From NCBI GenBank assembly GCA_035267645.1, contig DATFLN010000044.1:72879-136878 (forward strand): a DNA stretch of 64,000 nucleotides, written 5' to 3'. Origin of the DNA: Gemmatimonadota bacterium. Lineage in GTDB: Bacteria > Gemmatimonadota > Gemmatimonadetes > Palauibacterales > Palauibacteraceae. This document shows positions 26,889 to 36,178 of this stretch, one piece after another. The position numbers and the translations under genes are program-made. Within the stretch, counting starts at the first letter, position 1. Every line of letters starts with the position of its first letter. Below the pieces are notes generated by a model. That model searched no databases. It was not told where the DNA came from and saw nothing but the letters and a program-made list of their open reading frames with translations.

Positions 26889-27896
26889 TCAGCCGGAGGA
26901 GGAAGCCGCCTGACACGTGGCGTTCAGGATCTCGAAGTCGGCGGTCGCCGTGTCTCCCGCCGTCACGTCCACGGAGTCCGCGGACGGCTCGGCGGCGAAG
27001 ATCAGCGTGTCGCCGCTCGAGAACCCGACCTTCTCCTGGTAGCCCAGGCCCCAGCGGGCGGGCGGCAGGTCGCTCATCACGTAGGTCGAGTCCTCGGCCA
27101 CCATGGCGGTCGCGGTCGAGTCGGATCCGTCGATCGACGCCGTCGCGGTGGGCACGAAGTCCTGGATCGTGCGCGTGGCCCCGTCGCAGTCGGGGAACTC
27201 GACCGAGTCGGCCACCGACACCGCGCCGGCGATCGCGCCGCTCGCCACCGCCGGGCCCGGCTCCACGGTGGACGTGTGGATGACGGGGTGCATGACCCAC
27301 ATGCCCGACCCTCCGGCCACGTGGCCGAAGCTCTCGTCGACCGAGAAGTCCAGGGTCACGATCGTCTCCCCTTCGGCCAGGTCGAGCGAGCCGCCCGGAA
27401 GGTTCACCTTGAGGCCCGACTGCGCGCAGCTCGGGCACTTGAGCTCGCCGGTCACCTCGGCGTCGTCCGGCGGCACGGCCCCGTTCAGCGAGTACACCAT
27501 GCCGTCGGTCGTCTCGAGCACCGCACCGTCGATGACGAAGCGGAGCTGCGAGTAGGTCCCCGGTGTCACGGCCTTCGTCTCGACGAGCGTCACGGTGCTG
27601 TCGGCCAGCTCCGTGAGGTCGATGAGACCGGTGGGCTGGTCCAGCAGGACCGTCCGGCCGCCCCGGGAGGCGTCGCTCCCCTCGGAGCCCTGCAGGTAGA
27701 CCTCGCTCACGCTGACCCACGCGTGCGCCACCTCGCCGGGCGCGTCCTTGAGGAGCAGCGTCATCGTGGGCGATCCGGACAGGGGCGACGTCGGGGACTG
27801 GTCGCAGGCCCCGAGCGCCAGCGCGGCCGCCACGGCCAGCGCCGCGAACCCGCCGCCGATCCACTTCCTCGCGTTCGAGTGGCGTTCACCTGGCAT
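26889..27896 (-). CDS. lipoprotein, DUF4382-like
   Basis: ATG 27896 lies 8 nt after GGAGG. Lipobox ALALGAC. LLLKDAPGEV...SVSEVYLQG...GTYSQLRFVIDGAVLE resembles DUF4382. Confidence 0.6.
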   Translation of the reverse strand: MPGERHSNARKWIGGGFAALAVAAALALGACDQSPTSPLSGSPTMTLLLKDAPGEVAHAWVSVSEVYLQGSEGSDASRGGRTVLLDQPTGLIDLTELADSTVTLVETKAVTPGTYSQLRFVIDGAVLETTDGMVYSLNGAVPPDDAEVTGELKCPSCAQSGLKVNLPGGSLDLAEGETIVTLDFSVDESFGHVAGGSGMWVMHPVIHTSTVEPGPAVASGAIAGAVSVADSVEFPDCDGATRTIQDFVPTATASIDGSDSTATAMVAEDSTYVMSDLPPARWGLGYQEKVGFSSGDTLIFAAEPSADSVDVTAGDTATADFEILNATCQAASSSG

Positions 27897-28043
27897 CGGT
27901 CCAACCTCCATCTGCTTGGCTTGGCGTAAGTTGTTCGTCCGACCCCGATCGACGCGGGCCATCCGGCCATCGGCGGCCGGCGCGTTCACGCCGCCGCCCC
28001 GACCTCCGCGCTCACACCGTCGACGAGCGATGGGGCCCTCGCG

Positions 28044-30137
28044 TCACATCTTCGTATCGAAGCCGGGCGGCGCCGCGAGGAGGTGGACCACCGAAGGGCG
28101 GATGTGGAGCCGCCACACCTGCCGGCGGCCGCCGCCCAGGGCTTCGTAGGATCGGACCGGGACCTCGACCTCGAGACGGAGCGGACCGGATCCGTCGGCG
28201 GAGGCCTCGGGGCCGCGCTCGAGCTCGAGCGTGAGGGTCGAGGTGGCGCCTCGCAGCCTCTCGAGGACCACCCTCCCGGGAAGGAGGAGCCCGGGGCCCG
28301 GGGGAGGCGGCCCGTCCGGATCCACGAGGTCGACGGCCTCCGGCCGCACGCAGGCCACGACCCGGTCGCCCTCCCCGAAGCCGTCGGACGCCGGCGCCAG
28401 GAGCGGCGCGCCGCCCCGCAGGCGGAGGCGCAGGCACCCGTCCTCGCGTCCCGCCACCCGTCCGGGCAGGAGGTTCCGGGTCCCCACGAAGCGCGCCACG
28501 TCCAGGCTCAGCGGACGGCGGATGACCTCGAGCGGGGGTCCGACCTGCGCGATGCGGCCGTCGGCGATGACGGCCATGCGGTCGCCCAGCGAGCACGCGT
28601 CCCGAAGGTCGTGGGTGATGTAGAGCACGCCCAGCCCGCGGGCACGCTGGATGGCGTGCACGTCCAGCAGGAGCTGCTCCTTCATGTTGCTGTCGAGCCC
28701 CGAGAACGGCTCGTCCAGGAGGAGCGCCGCCGGCCGGCGGAGGAGCGCCCGGGCCAGGGCCACCCGCTGCTGCTGCCCGCCCGAGAGCTCTGCGGGGAGC
28801 CGCTCCTCCAGCCCCGTGAGCCGAACCATCCGCAGGAGCTCGCCGGCCTCCTCGAGCGCCCCCCCGGCGCGCTCGCGGCCGAAGAGGACGTTCTCGCGCA
28901 CCGTGAGGTGGGGGAAGAGCGCGGGCTGCTGGAAGACCATGCCGACGGGACGCCGATCCGCCGGGACCCAGGTGCCTGCCGGGTCTCCCGCTTCCGCCTC
29001 CCCGTCGGGCGAGGCGAACACCGTCGTCCCGGCCACGCGGATGCGGCCCCGCCGCGGCCGGTCCAGCCCGGCCACGAGCCGGAGGAGGGTCGTCTTCCCG
29101 GCCCCGGACGGCCCGAACAGCGTGACGATCTCGCGGCCGACCTCGAGGCTGGCCTCGAGGTGGAAGGAGCCCAGGCCGTGCTCCGCCTCGAGGGCGAGGA
29201 CGGGGACGCCCCCGGCGGCCGGAGGCGCCGGCTCCGCGCCGGACGTCGCCTCCGGCGGGGCCGCCGGCCGCGCGGGGAACGGCGGGCGCTCCTCCGGCGG
29301 GCGATCCCGGGCCGGGCCGCGGAGCGCCCGGTCCGCGGCCGGCGCGCTCTCGCCGCCCACGGCCCACTGCGCCGCCGCCAGCACCCCGGCCGCCAGGACG
29401 AGCGCCACGAGCGCCACCGGGAGCGCGGCGCCCAGGCCGGTGCTCGTGAGCTGGACCCACAGGTAGACGGGAAGCGAGTGCGGATGGTACGCCATCACCA
29501 TCGTCGCGCCGAACTCCCCGGCGGCCCGCGTCCACGCCAGGGCGAGGCCCGCCGCCAGTCCGTGGCGCGCGAGCGGGAGCGCCACCCTCCGGAAGACGCG
29601 CCCTCCCGACTGGCCCAGCGTGGCCGCCGCCTCCTCCAGCGTGGGATCCAGGGCCCGGAAGGCCGCCTCCGAGGAGAGCACCACGAACGGGGCCACCACG
29701 AAGCACTGGGCCAGGACGATGCCACCGAACGCGTTCACGAACGTCCAGCCCCCCGCCGCCAGGAGCCCTCCCACGAGGCCCGAGGGCCCGAACACGTTCA
29801 GGAGGAGGACGCCCGCCGCGATCGGGGGCAGCACGAGCGGGACGAGGACCACCACCCGGACGAGCCGCCCCGCCCGGAGGGCGTCCCGGGCCAGGAGGTA
29901 GCCGAGCGGAATGCCGGCCACGCCGGTGAGCGCCGTGGCCAGCGTGGCGCTCCCGAGCGACACGAGGACCGCGCGCCCCAGCTCCCCGGACGCCAGCTCG
30001 GCGGCCAGCCGCGCGGCCGAGACGTCCGGCAGGAAGAGGAGGAGCGGGAGAAGGAAGTAGAGGACGAGGACGGCCGCCAGCGCGTAGAACGCGCGCGGCA
30101 GACCGCCTCCCGCCCGGCTTCCGCCCGTTCGTGCCAA
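28044..30137 (-). CDS. modBC: fused molybdate-type ABC transporter permease (ModB-like) and ATPase (ModC-like)
   Basis: N-terminal half: 5-6 TM with the EAA loop (LEEAAATLGQSGGRVFRRVALPLA). C-terminal half: Walker A GPSGAGKTT, LSGGQQQRVALARAL, LLLDEP, and a TOBE-like tail. TTG 30137 follows GGGAGGG. Confidence 0.85.
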   Translation of the reverse strand: MARTGGSRAGGGLPRAFYALAAVLVLYFLLPLLLFLPDVSAARLAAELASGELGRAVLVSLGSATLATALTGVAGIPLGYLLARDALRAGRLVRVVVLVPLVLPPIAAGVLLLNVFGPSGLVGGLLAAGGWTFVNAFGGIVLAQCFVVAPFVVLSSEAAFRALDPTLEEAAATLGQSGGRVFRRVALPLARHGLAAGLALAWTRAAGEFGATMVMAYHPHSLPVYLWVQLTSTGLGAALPVALVALVLAAGVLAAAQWAVGGESAPAADRALRGPARDRPPEERPPFPARPAAPPEATSGAEPAPPAAGGVPVLALEAEHGLGSFHLEASLEVGREIVTLFGPSGAGKTTLLRLVAGLDRPRRGRIRVAGTTVFASPDGEAEAGDPAGTWVPADRRPVGMVFQQPALFPHLTVRENVLFGRERAGGALEEAGELLRMVRLTGLEERLPAELSGGQQQRVALARALLRRPAALLLDEPFSGLDSNMKEQLLLDVHAIQRARGLGVLYITHDLRDACSLGDRMAVIADGRIAQVGPPLEVIRRPLSLDVARFVGTRNLLPGRVAGREDGCLRLRLRGGAPLLAPASDGFGEGDRVVACVRPEAVDLVDPDGPPPPGPGLLLPGRVVLERLRGATSTLTLELERGPEASADGSGPLRLEVEVPVRSYEALGGGRRQVWRLHIRPSVVHLLAAPPGFDTKM

Positions 30138-30385
30138 CCTGCCCTCCCGATCGGTCCCGCGGCGGCCCCTCCGTCCCGCCGCGCACGATGCGGCTTCGGC
30201 GCCCGAGGGTCCAGCGGTCCCGGCGCGGAGCGGCCTCCGCCTCCCGCCGGGACCCGGGTCCCGGCCGCGTGCCGGGCCCCCTTCCCGCCTGCGCCCCGGC
30301 CGCACCGCCTCTAGCTTGGGCCCCGAGCGCGCCCGGCACGGAGGAGAGGCCGGGCCCGTCCCCCGAACCGCGCCGGAGCGACGCC

Positions 30386-31489
30386 ATGACGACGATCCAC
30401 GACCTGCCCACTCCCGCCCTCCTGGTGGACCTGGAGGTCCTGCAGACCAACCTGGAGAGCATGGCCTCCCGTGCGTCCGAGCTCGGCGTCCGACTCCGCC
30501 CCCACGTCAAGACGCACAAGTGCCTGGAGATCGGCCGCCTGCAGCGGGAGGCGGGCGCCGCGGGGATCACGGTCTCCACCCTGGAGGAGGCGCGGGCCTT
30601 CGCGGCGGACGGATTCGGGGACATGACGTGGGCCTTCCCGGTCATCCCGGGACGGGAGGAGGAGGCGGCCGCGATCGATCGGGAGGCCCGCCTGCGCGTG
30701 ACGGTGGACGGGGCGGAGGCCGTCGGCGCGCTGGAGGCTTCGGGACACCCCTTCCACGTGTGGCTCGAGGTGGACTGCGGCTACGGGCGCTCGGGCGTCG
30801 ACCCCGGCGGACCGGACCTCGTCGACGTGGCCCGGCGCCTGGCGGAGGCCTCCCGCCTTTCCTTCGACGGGATCCTCACCCACTCCGGCCAGGGCTACCA
30901 CGCGCGGGGCCGCGACGCCCTGGCCGCGGTGGCCGAGGAGGAGAGGAGCGTCATGGCGGCGGCGGCGGAGCGCCTGCGGGCGGAGGGCCTCGAGGTCCCG
31001 GCCGTGAGCGTCGGATCGACCCCCGCCATGTCCGCCGCCCGGAGCCTGGAGGGCGTAGACGAGGCCCGGCCCGGCAACTACGCCTTCTTCGACCACACCC
31101 AGGTCGTCCTCGGCTCCTGCGGGGCGGCCGACTGCGCCCTCACGGTCGCCGCCACCGTCGTCTCCTCGCGGCCGGGAGCGGACCGCTGCGTGGTGGACGC
31201 CGGGGCGCTGGCACTGTCGGCCGATCCCGGGCCGGAGCCACGGCCGGGCGACCCGCCCCGCTCGATGGGCCGGATCTTCGGCGACTACCGGGCGGGGGCC
31301 CTGCGCGACGACGTCCGGCTCGTTTCGCTGAGCCAGGAGCACGGGATCGTCGAGGGACGCCTCCCCCACGGTACGCGCGTCCGGATCCTCCCCAACCACT
31401 CCTGCCTCGCCGCGGCCTGCTTCGACGCGTACCACGCGGTCGTGGGCGAGGAGGTCGTGGACCGGTGGCCGATCCACCGCGAGCGCTGA
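30386..31489 (+). CDS. D-TA/DSD1-family PLP enzyme (alanine-racemase-N fold; D-serine/D-threonine dehydratase/aldolase-like)
   Basis: ATG 30386. LPTPALLVDLEVLQTNL and PHVKTHK (PLy-Lys context). The C-terminal HSCLAAACFD is typical of the D-serine dehydratase-like domain. Confidence 0.8.
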   Translation: MTTIHDLPTPALLVDLEVLQTNLESMASRASELGVRLRPHVKTHKCLEIGRLQREAGAAGITVSTLEEARAFAADGFGDMTWAFPVIPGREEEAAAIDREARLRVTVDGAEAVGALEASGHPFHVWLEVDCGYGRSGVDPGGPDLVDVARRLAEASRLSFDGILTHSGQGYHARGRDALAAVAEEERSVMAAAAERLRAEGLEVPAVSVGSTPAMSAARSLEGVDEARPGNYAFFDHTQVVLGSCGAADCALTVAATVVSSRPGADRCVVDAGALALSADPGPEPRPGDPPRSMGRIFGDYRAGALRDDVRLVSLSQEHGIVEGRLPHGTRVRILPNHSCLAAACFDAYHAVVGEEVVDRWPIHRER

Positions 31490-31557
31490 GGGCGTTCCGC
31501 GGACGTGCGGGCCGCGCGAGGCTCGCGGGGGGGTGCGGATCTCGACGCGTCGCGCCC

Positions 31558-31590
31558 GGGGCCGCCGCCCCGCCTCGCGGCGGCGGCCCC
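31558..31590. terminator. perfect 12-bp GC stem hairpin between convergent genes
   Basis: GGGGCCGCCGCC-ccgcctcgc-GGCGGCGGCCCC lies between the stop at 31489 (+) and the stop at 31599 (-). No U-tract. Confidence 0.45.
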
Positions 31591-31598
31591 GGCCGGGC

Positions 31599-33293
31599 TC
31601 ACACCTCCAGGGCCTCGAGCCTGCGCCGGGCGCGCCGATAGGCCGCGATCCCGGTCACCGCGCACACGGCGAGCGTGAACGCCGCCGCCGACCCGAGCTC
31701 GATCGGGGCCGGCGGCCGGGCCTCGCGCCACGGGAGCCCGCTCCGCACCCAGTCCTGCAGCGCCCACAGCTGGAACGCCACGATGACGCCCAGGGTGGCG
31801 AGCGCGCTCAGCATGAACAGGAGCCCGCCCAGGGAGGTCGGGATCTGCGCGGCGTTCTCGCTCTCGAACTGCGGGTAAGCGATCCCCCAGGCGAGCGCCT
31901 GGGCGATGAAGCTCGCGGTCAGGCCCACGATCGTGACCACCGACAGGAGCGTCACCTGCGGCCCCACGCCGAGCCCCGTCGTGGTGAGAAGGGTCAGCGC
32001 CAGCGCCAGGATGAGGAGCGGGACGAGCCCCGACCAGAACTTGGACCACAGAAGCGTGGCGGCCGGGAGGGGCGAGGAGCGGAGCAGCCAAAGGGTCCTG
32101 CCCTCGAGGCTCAGCGAGGGGAAGACGAAGCGGGCGGACACGGCGGCCAGCACGAAGCCCGTCAGGGCCACGTTCAGGAAAGCGACCAGCGACGAGAGGA
32201 ACCGCCCGATCGCCTCGCTCGAGCGGAGGGGAAGCACCCTCATGTTGTACACGTAGACGACCACCAGCACGCCCAGGATGATGAGCTGCGACCACTGCGT
32301 CGCGTCCCGGAAGAAGATCCGCGCGTCCTTGAGCACCAGCGCCCGCCGCTGGATGCCCAGGGGCCCGAGGAGCCTCTCGAAGGCCCGCCACACGCTCCCC
32401 CACCGCAGCCTCCGGCGGTTCCCCTCCTGGGCCCGGGTGAAGCACGTCGGGTAGAAGCGCGCGTGGAGGGCGGCGCCGACCACCAGGAGGCCGCCCGCCG
32501 TGCTCCACAGGAGGAAGAGGAGGAACGGGTCGGCTCCTCCGCGCAGGTAGCCCATCACCGACCCGGAGACCCACTCCGAGGGAAGCCAGGGCGAGGACGG
32601 GCCCCGGAGGACGGCCAGGAAGTCGACCAGGTTCCGGAATCCCTCGGGGTTCACGAGCCGCTCGGGCCGCAGCACCCGGAGTCCGAGCACGAGGAGCGCG
32701 ACACCCCCCGCCGCGATGACCCCCAGGAGGTCGCGGGTCCGTCGCGCCGGGAACACCCTCACGAGGAGGAGCGTGACCGCGCTCCCGAGGGCGGCGGGGA
32801 TGACCAGGAAGGGGACGAGGAGGAGGAGCGCCCACAGGTAGAAGAGGATCCCCGCGTCCCACACCCTCCCGTAGGCGGCGAGCACCGGCGCCAGCACGAG
32901 CACCACCATCCAGGAGGAGCTCACGAGCGTCTCGGTGAGCCGGGCGCCGTACACGGCCAGCCAGTCGACCGGCGCGGCCAGGATCGTGGGGAGGTCGCGG
33001 GCCAGGAAGAAGCTCGAGAGCGCCCCGATCAGGTTCGAGAGGAGGAGGATGGAGAGGAGGAGCAGGAGCCCGAGGCCGAGCAGCTTGGCCGCCAGCAGCG
33101 GCCCCACCTCCTCGGTGCCGCGCAGGGAGCGGAGGAAGCGGACCAGGAGGAGGTAGACGCCGGGCAGCGTCACCCCGCCCACCGCCAGCAGGAGGAGGAG
33201 CCTCCCGGCGCGACCCTCGGCCCTCTCGCCCCGCGCGAGCGAGGAGAGGAGCTTGACCCGGAGGAGCCAGCCCAGCTCGCGGAGCGGCTTCAC
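31599..33293 (-). CDS. polytopic membrane protein, putative ABC exporter permease
   Basis: GTG 33293 overlaps the stop of the ATPase gene (GTGA). About 12 hydrophobic segments across 564 aa. Confidence 0.7.
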   Translation of the reverse strand: MKPLRELGWLLRVKLLSSLARGERAEGRAGRLLLLLAVGGVTLPGVYLLLVRFLRSLRGTEEVGPLLAAKLLGLGLLLLLSILLLSNLIGALSSFFLARDLPTILAAPVDWLAVYGARLTETLVSSSWMVVLVLAPVLAAYGRVWDAGILFYLWALLLLVPFLVIPAALGSAVTLLLVRVFPARRTRDLLGVIAAGGVALLVLGLRVLRPERLVNPEGFRNLVDFLAVLRGPSSPWLPSEWVSGSVMGYLRGGADPFLLFLLWSTAGGLLVVGAALHARFYPTCFTRAQEGNRRRLRWGSVWRAFERLLGPLGIQRRALVLKDARIFFRDATQWSQLIILGVLVVVYVYNMRVLPLRSSEAIGRFLSSLVAFLNVALTGFVLAAVSARFVFPSLSLEGRTLWLLRSSPLPAATLLWSKFWSGLVPLLILALALTLLTTTGLGVGPQVTLLSVVTIVGLTASFIAQALAWGIAYPQFESENAAQIPTSLGGLLFMLSALATLGVIVAFQLWALQDWVRSGLPWREARPPAPIELGSAAAFTLAVCAVTGIAAYRRARRRLEALEV

Positions 33294-34072
33294 GACCGTC
33301 CTCGGTCCGCCGCTTCCCCGGTGATCGCGCGGGCGATCCGGCGCTCCTGCACGCCGCCCACGAGCCGCAGGAAGACCTCCTCGAGATCCCCGCTCTCGGT
33401 CTCCGCCTGCGCCCGAAGCTCCTCCATGGTCCCCCGCGCCAGGATGGCGCCCTCCCGGATGACGGCCAGCCGGTCGCACAGCGCCTCGGCGAACTCCAGC
33501 GTGTGGGTCGAGATGAGCGCGCAGCCCCCGCGGTCCGCGAAGCCGCGCAGGAGCCGCTTCAGGAGCCGGGCCGCCGTGGGGTCCAGGCCCACCATCGGCT
33601 CGTCGATGACCAGGGCCCCCGGCCGATGGACGAGCGCCGAGGAGAGGATGAGCTTCTGGCGCATCCCGTGGCTGTAGGACTCCACGAGCTCGTCCCGCCA
33701 CGGCTCCAGATCCCACAGGTCCAGCAGCTCGTCGATGCGGGCCTCGACCTCCGGCCCCCGCTGCCCGCGGAGCGCCGCCGCGAAGCGGAGGAGCTCCTCG
33801 CCCGTGAGCTTGTCGTACACGTAGGGGCGGTCCGGGACGAAGCCGAGCCGGCCCTTGGCCTCGAGCGGCCGGCGGCGGACGTCGTGCCCCTCGACCAGGA
33901 CCCGGCCGGCGTCGGGCTCGAGGATCCCGACGATGACCCGCAGGGTCGTGGTCTTCCCGGCGCCGTTCGGGCCCAGGAGCCCGACGATCTCCCCGCTCCC
34001 GACCTCGAGGTCCAGGCCGTCCACGGCCACGAAGTCACCGTACGTCTTGACCAGCCCCTCCACGCGGATCAT
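33290..34072 (-). CDS. ABC transporter ATP-binding protein
   Basis: Walker A GPNGAGKTT, signature-like YSHGMRQKL, Walker B LVIDEP. ATGA overlap with the upstream gene. Confidence 0.9.
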   Translation of the reverse strand: MIRVEGLVKTYGDFVAVDGLDLEVGSGEIVGLLGPNGAGKTTTLRVIVGILEPDAGRVLVEGHDVRRRPLEAKGRLGFVPDRPYVYDKLTGEELLRFAAALRGQRGPEVEARIDELLDLWDLEPWRDELVESYSHGMRQKLILSSALVHRPGALVIDEPMVGLDPTAARLLKRLLRGFADRGGCALISTHTLEFAEALCDRLAVIREGAILARGTMEELRAQAETESGDLEEVFLRLVGGVQERRIARAITGEAADRGRS

Positions 34073-35064
34073 CCCCCGTCCCCTCCCCCTTTCGACGTGC
34101 TGTCCGGAGCCGCCCGCCGCCGCGGCGCGCCGCCGGCCGGCGCGTCCCGTCCGCCGGCCGGCGCCGTCGTGTCCTGCGGGGCCTCCGCCCCGGCCGCGCC
34201 GCGGCCGTAGTAGGCCAGCTCGAAAGCCGTGCGCACCAGCTTCAGCCCGCCCACCTCGGCCTCCAGGAAGCGCCCATCCTCGTCGATCCACGAGGTGAAG
34301 CTCACCCCGCCCACGTCGCGGCCCACCTTCCAGGCCTGCACGGTGTCGCGGCCGGCCACCTCCCACGTCCCCGTGGCCGTGTCCAGGGCGGCGCTGTCCG
34401 GGAAGGTCCGCGTGGCGCGGTCCAGGATGTGGAGCGCGACCGTCCGCGACGACATGCGGATGGGGTCGAAGGTCCGGATGAGGACGCTGTCCCCGGGCTC
34501 GGCCTCCTGCTCCGCGGCGAACCGGAGCGGGATGGCGTTCTCGAACACGATCGGACCGTCGATCCGCACCGTGTCGGCGCGGCCCGGGGCGCCCGCCGAG
34601 TCGAGGGCCGAGAGGACGAGCAGAGAGTCCCCGACCACCTCGCCGCGGGCCGAGAGTCCGCCCAGCAGGCCGGTGGAGGTCGCCCGGAACCAGCGGAGCG
34701 CCAGGGTCGGCCCGACCTCGGCCTCGGAGCGCACCTCCGCGGCAGCGCCCGACCGCCGCCGGCCCCGGGGGACGACGGCGGAGCTGTCGCCGAGGCTGGC
34801 GCCCAGCGCGCCCAACTCGACCACGATCCGGTCGGAGAGCCGGAAGCCGGAGGCGTCCGGCAGGGTGTCGATCTCGCTCTGGGCCCAGCCGACCCGGTGC
34901 CCTCCCCTCTCGACCCGGTAGTAGGCCACGCCCGGCGGGAGCGTCCTGGCCGCCGCCGCCAGCCGCTCCGCCTCCGGACGGAGATAGAGCCGCCGGGCCT
35001 GCCACAGGAGCGCCCCGATCCACAGGACGAGGAGGACGAGGGCCGAGATCTTCCGGAAGGACAT
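34069..35064 (-). CDS. membrane-anchored hypothetical protein (first gene of the ABC exporter string)
   Basis: ATG 35064 gives MSFRKISALVLLVLWIGALLW (TM), then a ~300-aa extracytoplasmic domain. No motif recognised. Confidence 0.55.
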   Translation of the reverse strand: MSFRKISALVLLVLWIGALLWQARRLYLRPEAERLAAAARTLPPGVAYYRVERGGHRVGWAQSEIDTLPDASGFRLSDRIVVELGALGASLGDSSAVVPRGRRRSGAAAEVRSEAEVGPTLALRWFRATSTGLLGGLSARGEVVGDSLLVLSALDSAGAPGRADTVRIDGPIVFENAIPLRFAAEQEAEPGDSVLIRTFDPIRMSSRTVALHILDRATRTFPDSAALDTATGTWEVAGRDTVQAWKVGRDVGGVSFTSWIDEDGRFLEAEVGGLKLVRTAFELAYYGRGAAGAEAPQDTTAPAGGRDAPAGGAPRRRAAPDSTSKGGGDGG

Positions 35065-35127
35065 AGGGAGGCAGGTAGCGTCTGGTCGGGCCGCTCGCAA
35101 CGAGCACCCGTCGCCGGACGCGGGCCC

Positions 35128-36162
35128 TCAGCCCCGGGAGCTCGCCTCCGGAGGCGGGTCCCCGCTCCGGTCGTCCGGGCCCGCCGGCCCGGCATCCGGA
35201 GCGTCGGCGGGACCGCCGTGCACCCCCGCCGTTCCACGCTCGTTCTCGCCCGCCGCCGTGCCGCCGTCCGCCTCGACGAACACCCACCGCACCTCGGGGA
35301 TCTCCCCGCGAATGCGCGCCTCGAGCCGGCCCGTGGCGCGCTCGACCTCGCTGGCCGGGAGGTCGTCCTCGAAGTCCGCGATGAGGGTGACCAGGATCTC
35401 CTCCGGCGCCAGGTGCATGGTCCTGAGGTCGCGGAGCGCCACGATCCCCTCCTCCCGGCCGGCCACCTCGCGGATCCGCTCGAGGACGGTCCCCCGCGCC
35501 CCCTCGCCGATGAGGAGCCCCTGGGTCTCCCGGGCCAGCCAGGCCGCGACGCCGGCCAGGAGGACGCCGATGGCCACCGAGGCGAGCCCATCCCACCTGG
35601 GGTCCCCGGTCACGGCGAAGGCCACGTTGCCGGCGAGGGCCAGGAGCACGCCCGCGAGCGCCGCCGAGTCCTCGAGCACGACCGTGTAGACCGTCGGGTC
35701 CTTGCTCTCCCGGACCGTCTCCACGAAGCCGCGTCCGCGGCTCCGCTCCCGAAACTCCCGGCCGGCCACCCACAGGGAGGCGACCTCGAACACCATGGCC
35801 AGCCCGAGGACGACGTAGTTCACGGCCAGCTCGCGGATGGGCTCGGGCTCGAGGATGTGGACGACGCCCTCGTACAGGGACACCCCCGCCCCGGCCGCGA
35901 ACACGAGGATCGCGACCACGAAGCTCCAGAAGTACACCTCCCGGCCGTGGCCGAAGGGGTGCTCCTCGTCGGCGGGCCGCCGGGCCCGGCGCATGCCCAG
36001 GAGGAGGAGCGCCTGGTTCCCCGTGTCCACGACCGAGTGGATGCCCTCGGAGAACAGGGCGGAGCTCCCGCTCACCGCAGCCGCCACGAACTTGGTCACG
36101 GCGATGAGGAGGTTGGCCGCCAGCGCGGCCAGGACCGTCCGCTTCGATCCCGCGGCGCTCAC
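35128..36162 (-). CDS. cation diffusion facilitator (CDF) family transporter
   Basis: LAANLLIAVTKFVAAAVSGSSALFSEGIHSVVD, HPFGHGREVYFW, six TM segments and a C-terminal cytoplasmic domain. Confidence 0.88.
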   Translation of the reverse strand: MSAAGSKRTVLAALAANLLIAVTKFVAAAVSGSSALFSEGIHSVVDTGNQALLLLGMRRARRPADEEHPFGHGREVYFWSFVVAILVFAAGAGVSLYEGVVHILEPEPIRELAVNYVVLGLAMVFEVASLWVAGREFRERSRGRGFVETVRESKDPTVYTVVLEDSAALAGVLLALAGNVAFAVTGDPRWDGLASVAIGVLLAGVAAWLARETQGLLIGEGARGTVLERIREVAGREEGIVALRDLRTMHLAPEEILVTLIADFEDDLPASEVERATGRLEARIRGEIPEVRWVFVEADGGTAAGENERGTAGVHGGPADAPDAGPAGPDDRSGDPPPEASSRG

Positions 36163-36178
36163 GGGGCCGTCCCGGAGG

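Noticed and set aside
28012-30645. 877-aa minus-strand ORF and 743-aa plus-strand ORF overlapping modBC
   Set aside because: These are alternative frames of the same DNA. Only the 28044..30137 frame shows the EAA loop and the Walker/signature motifs.
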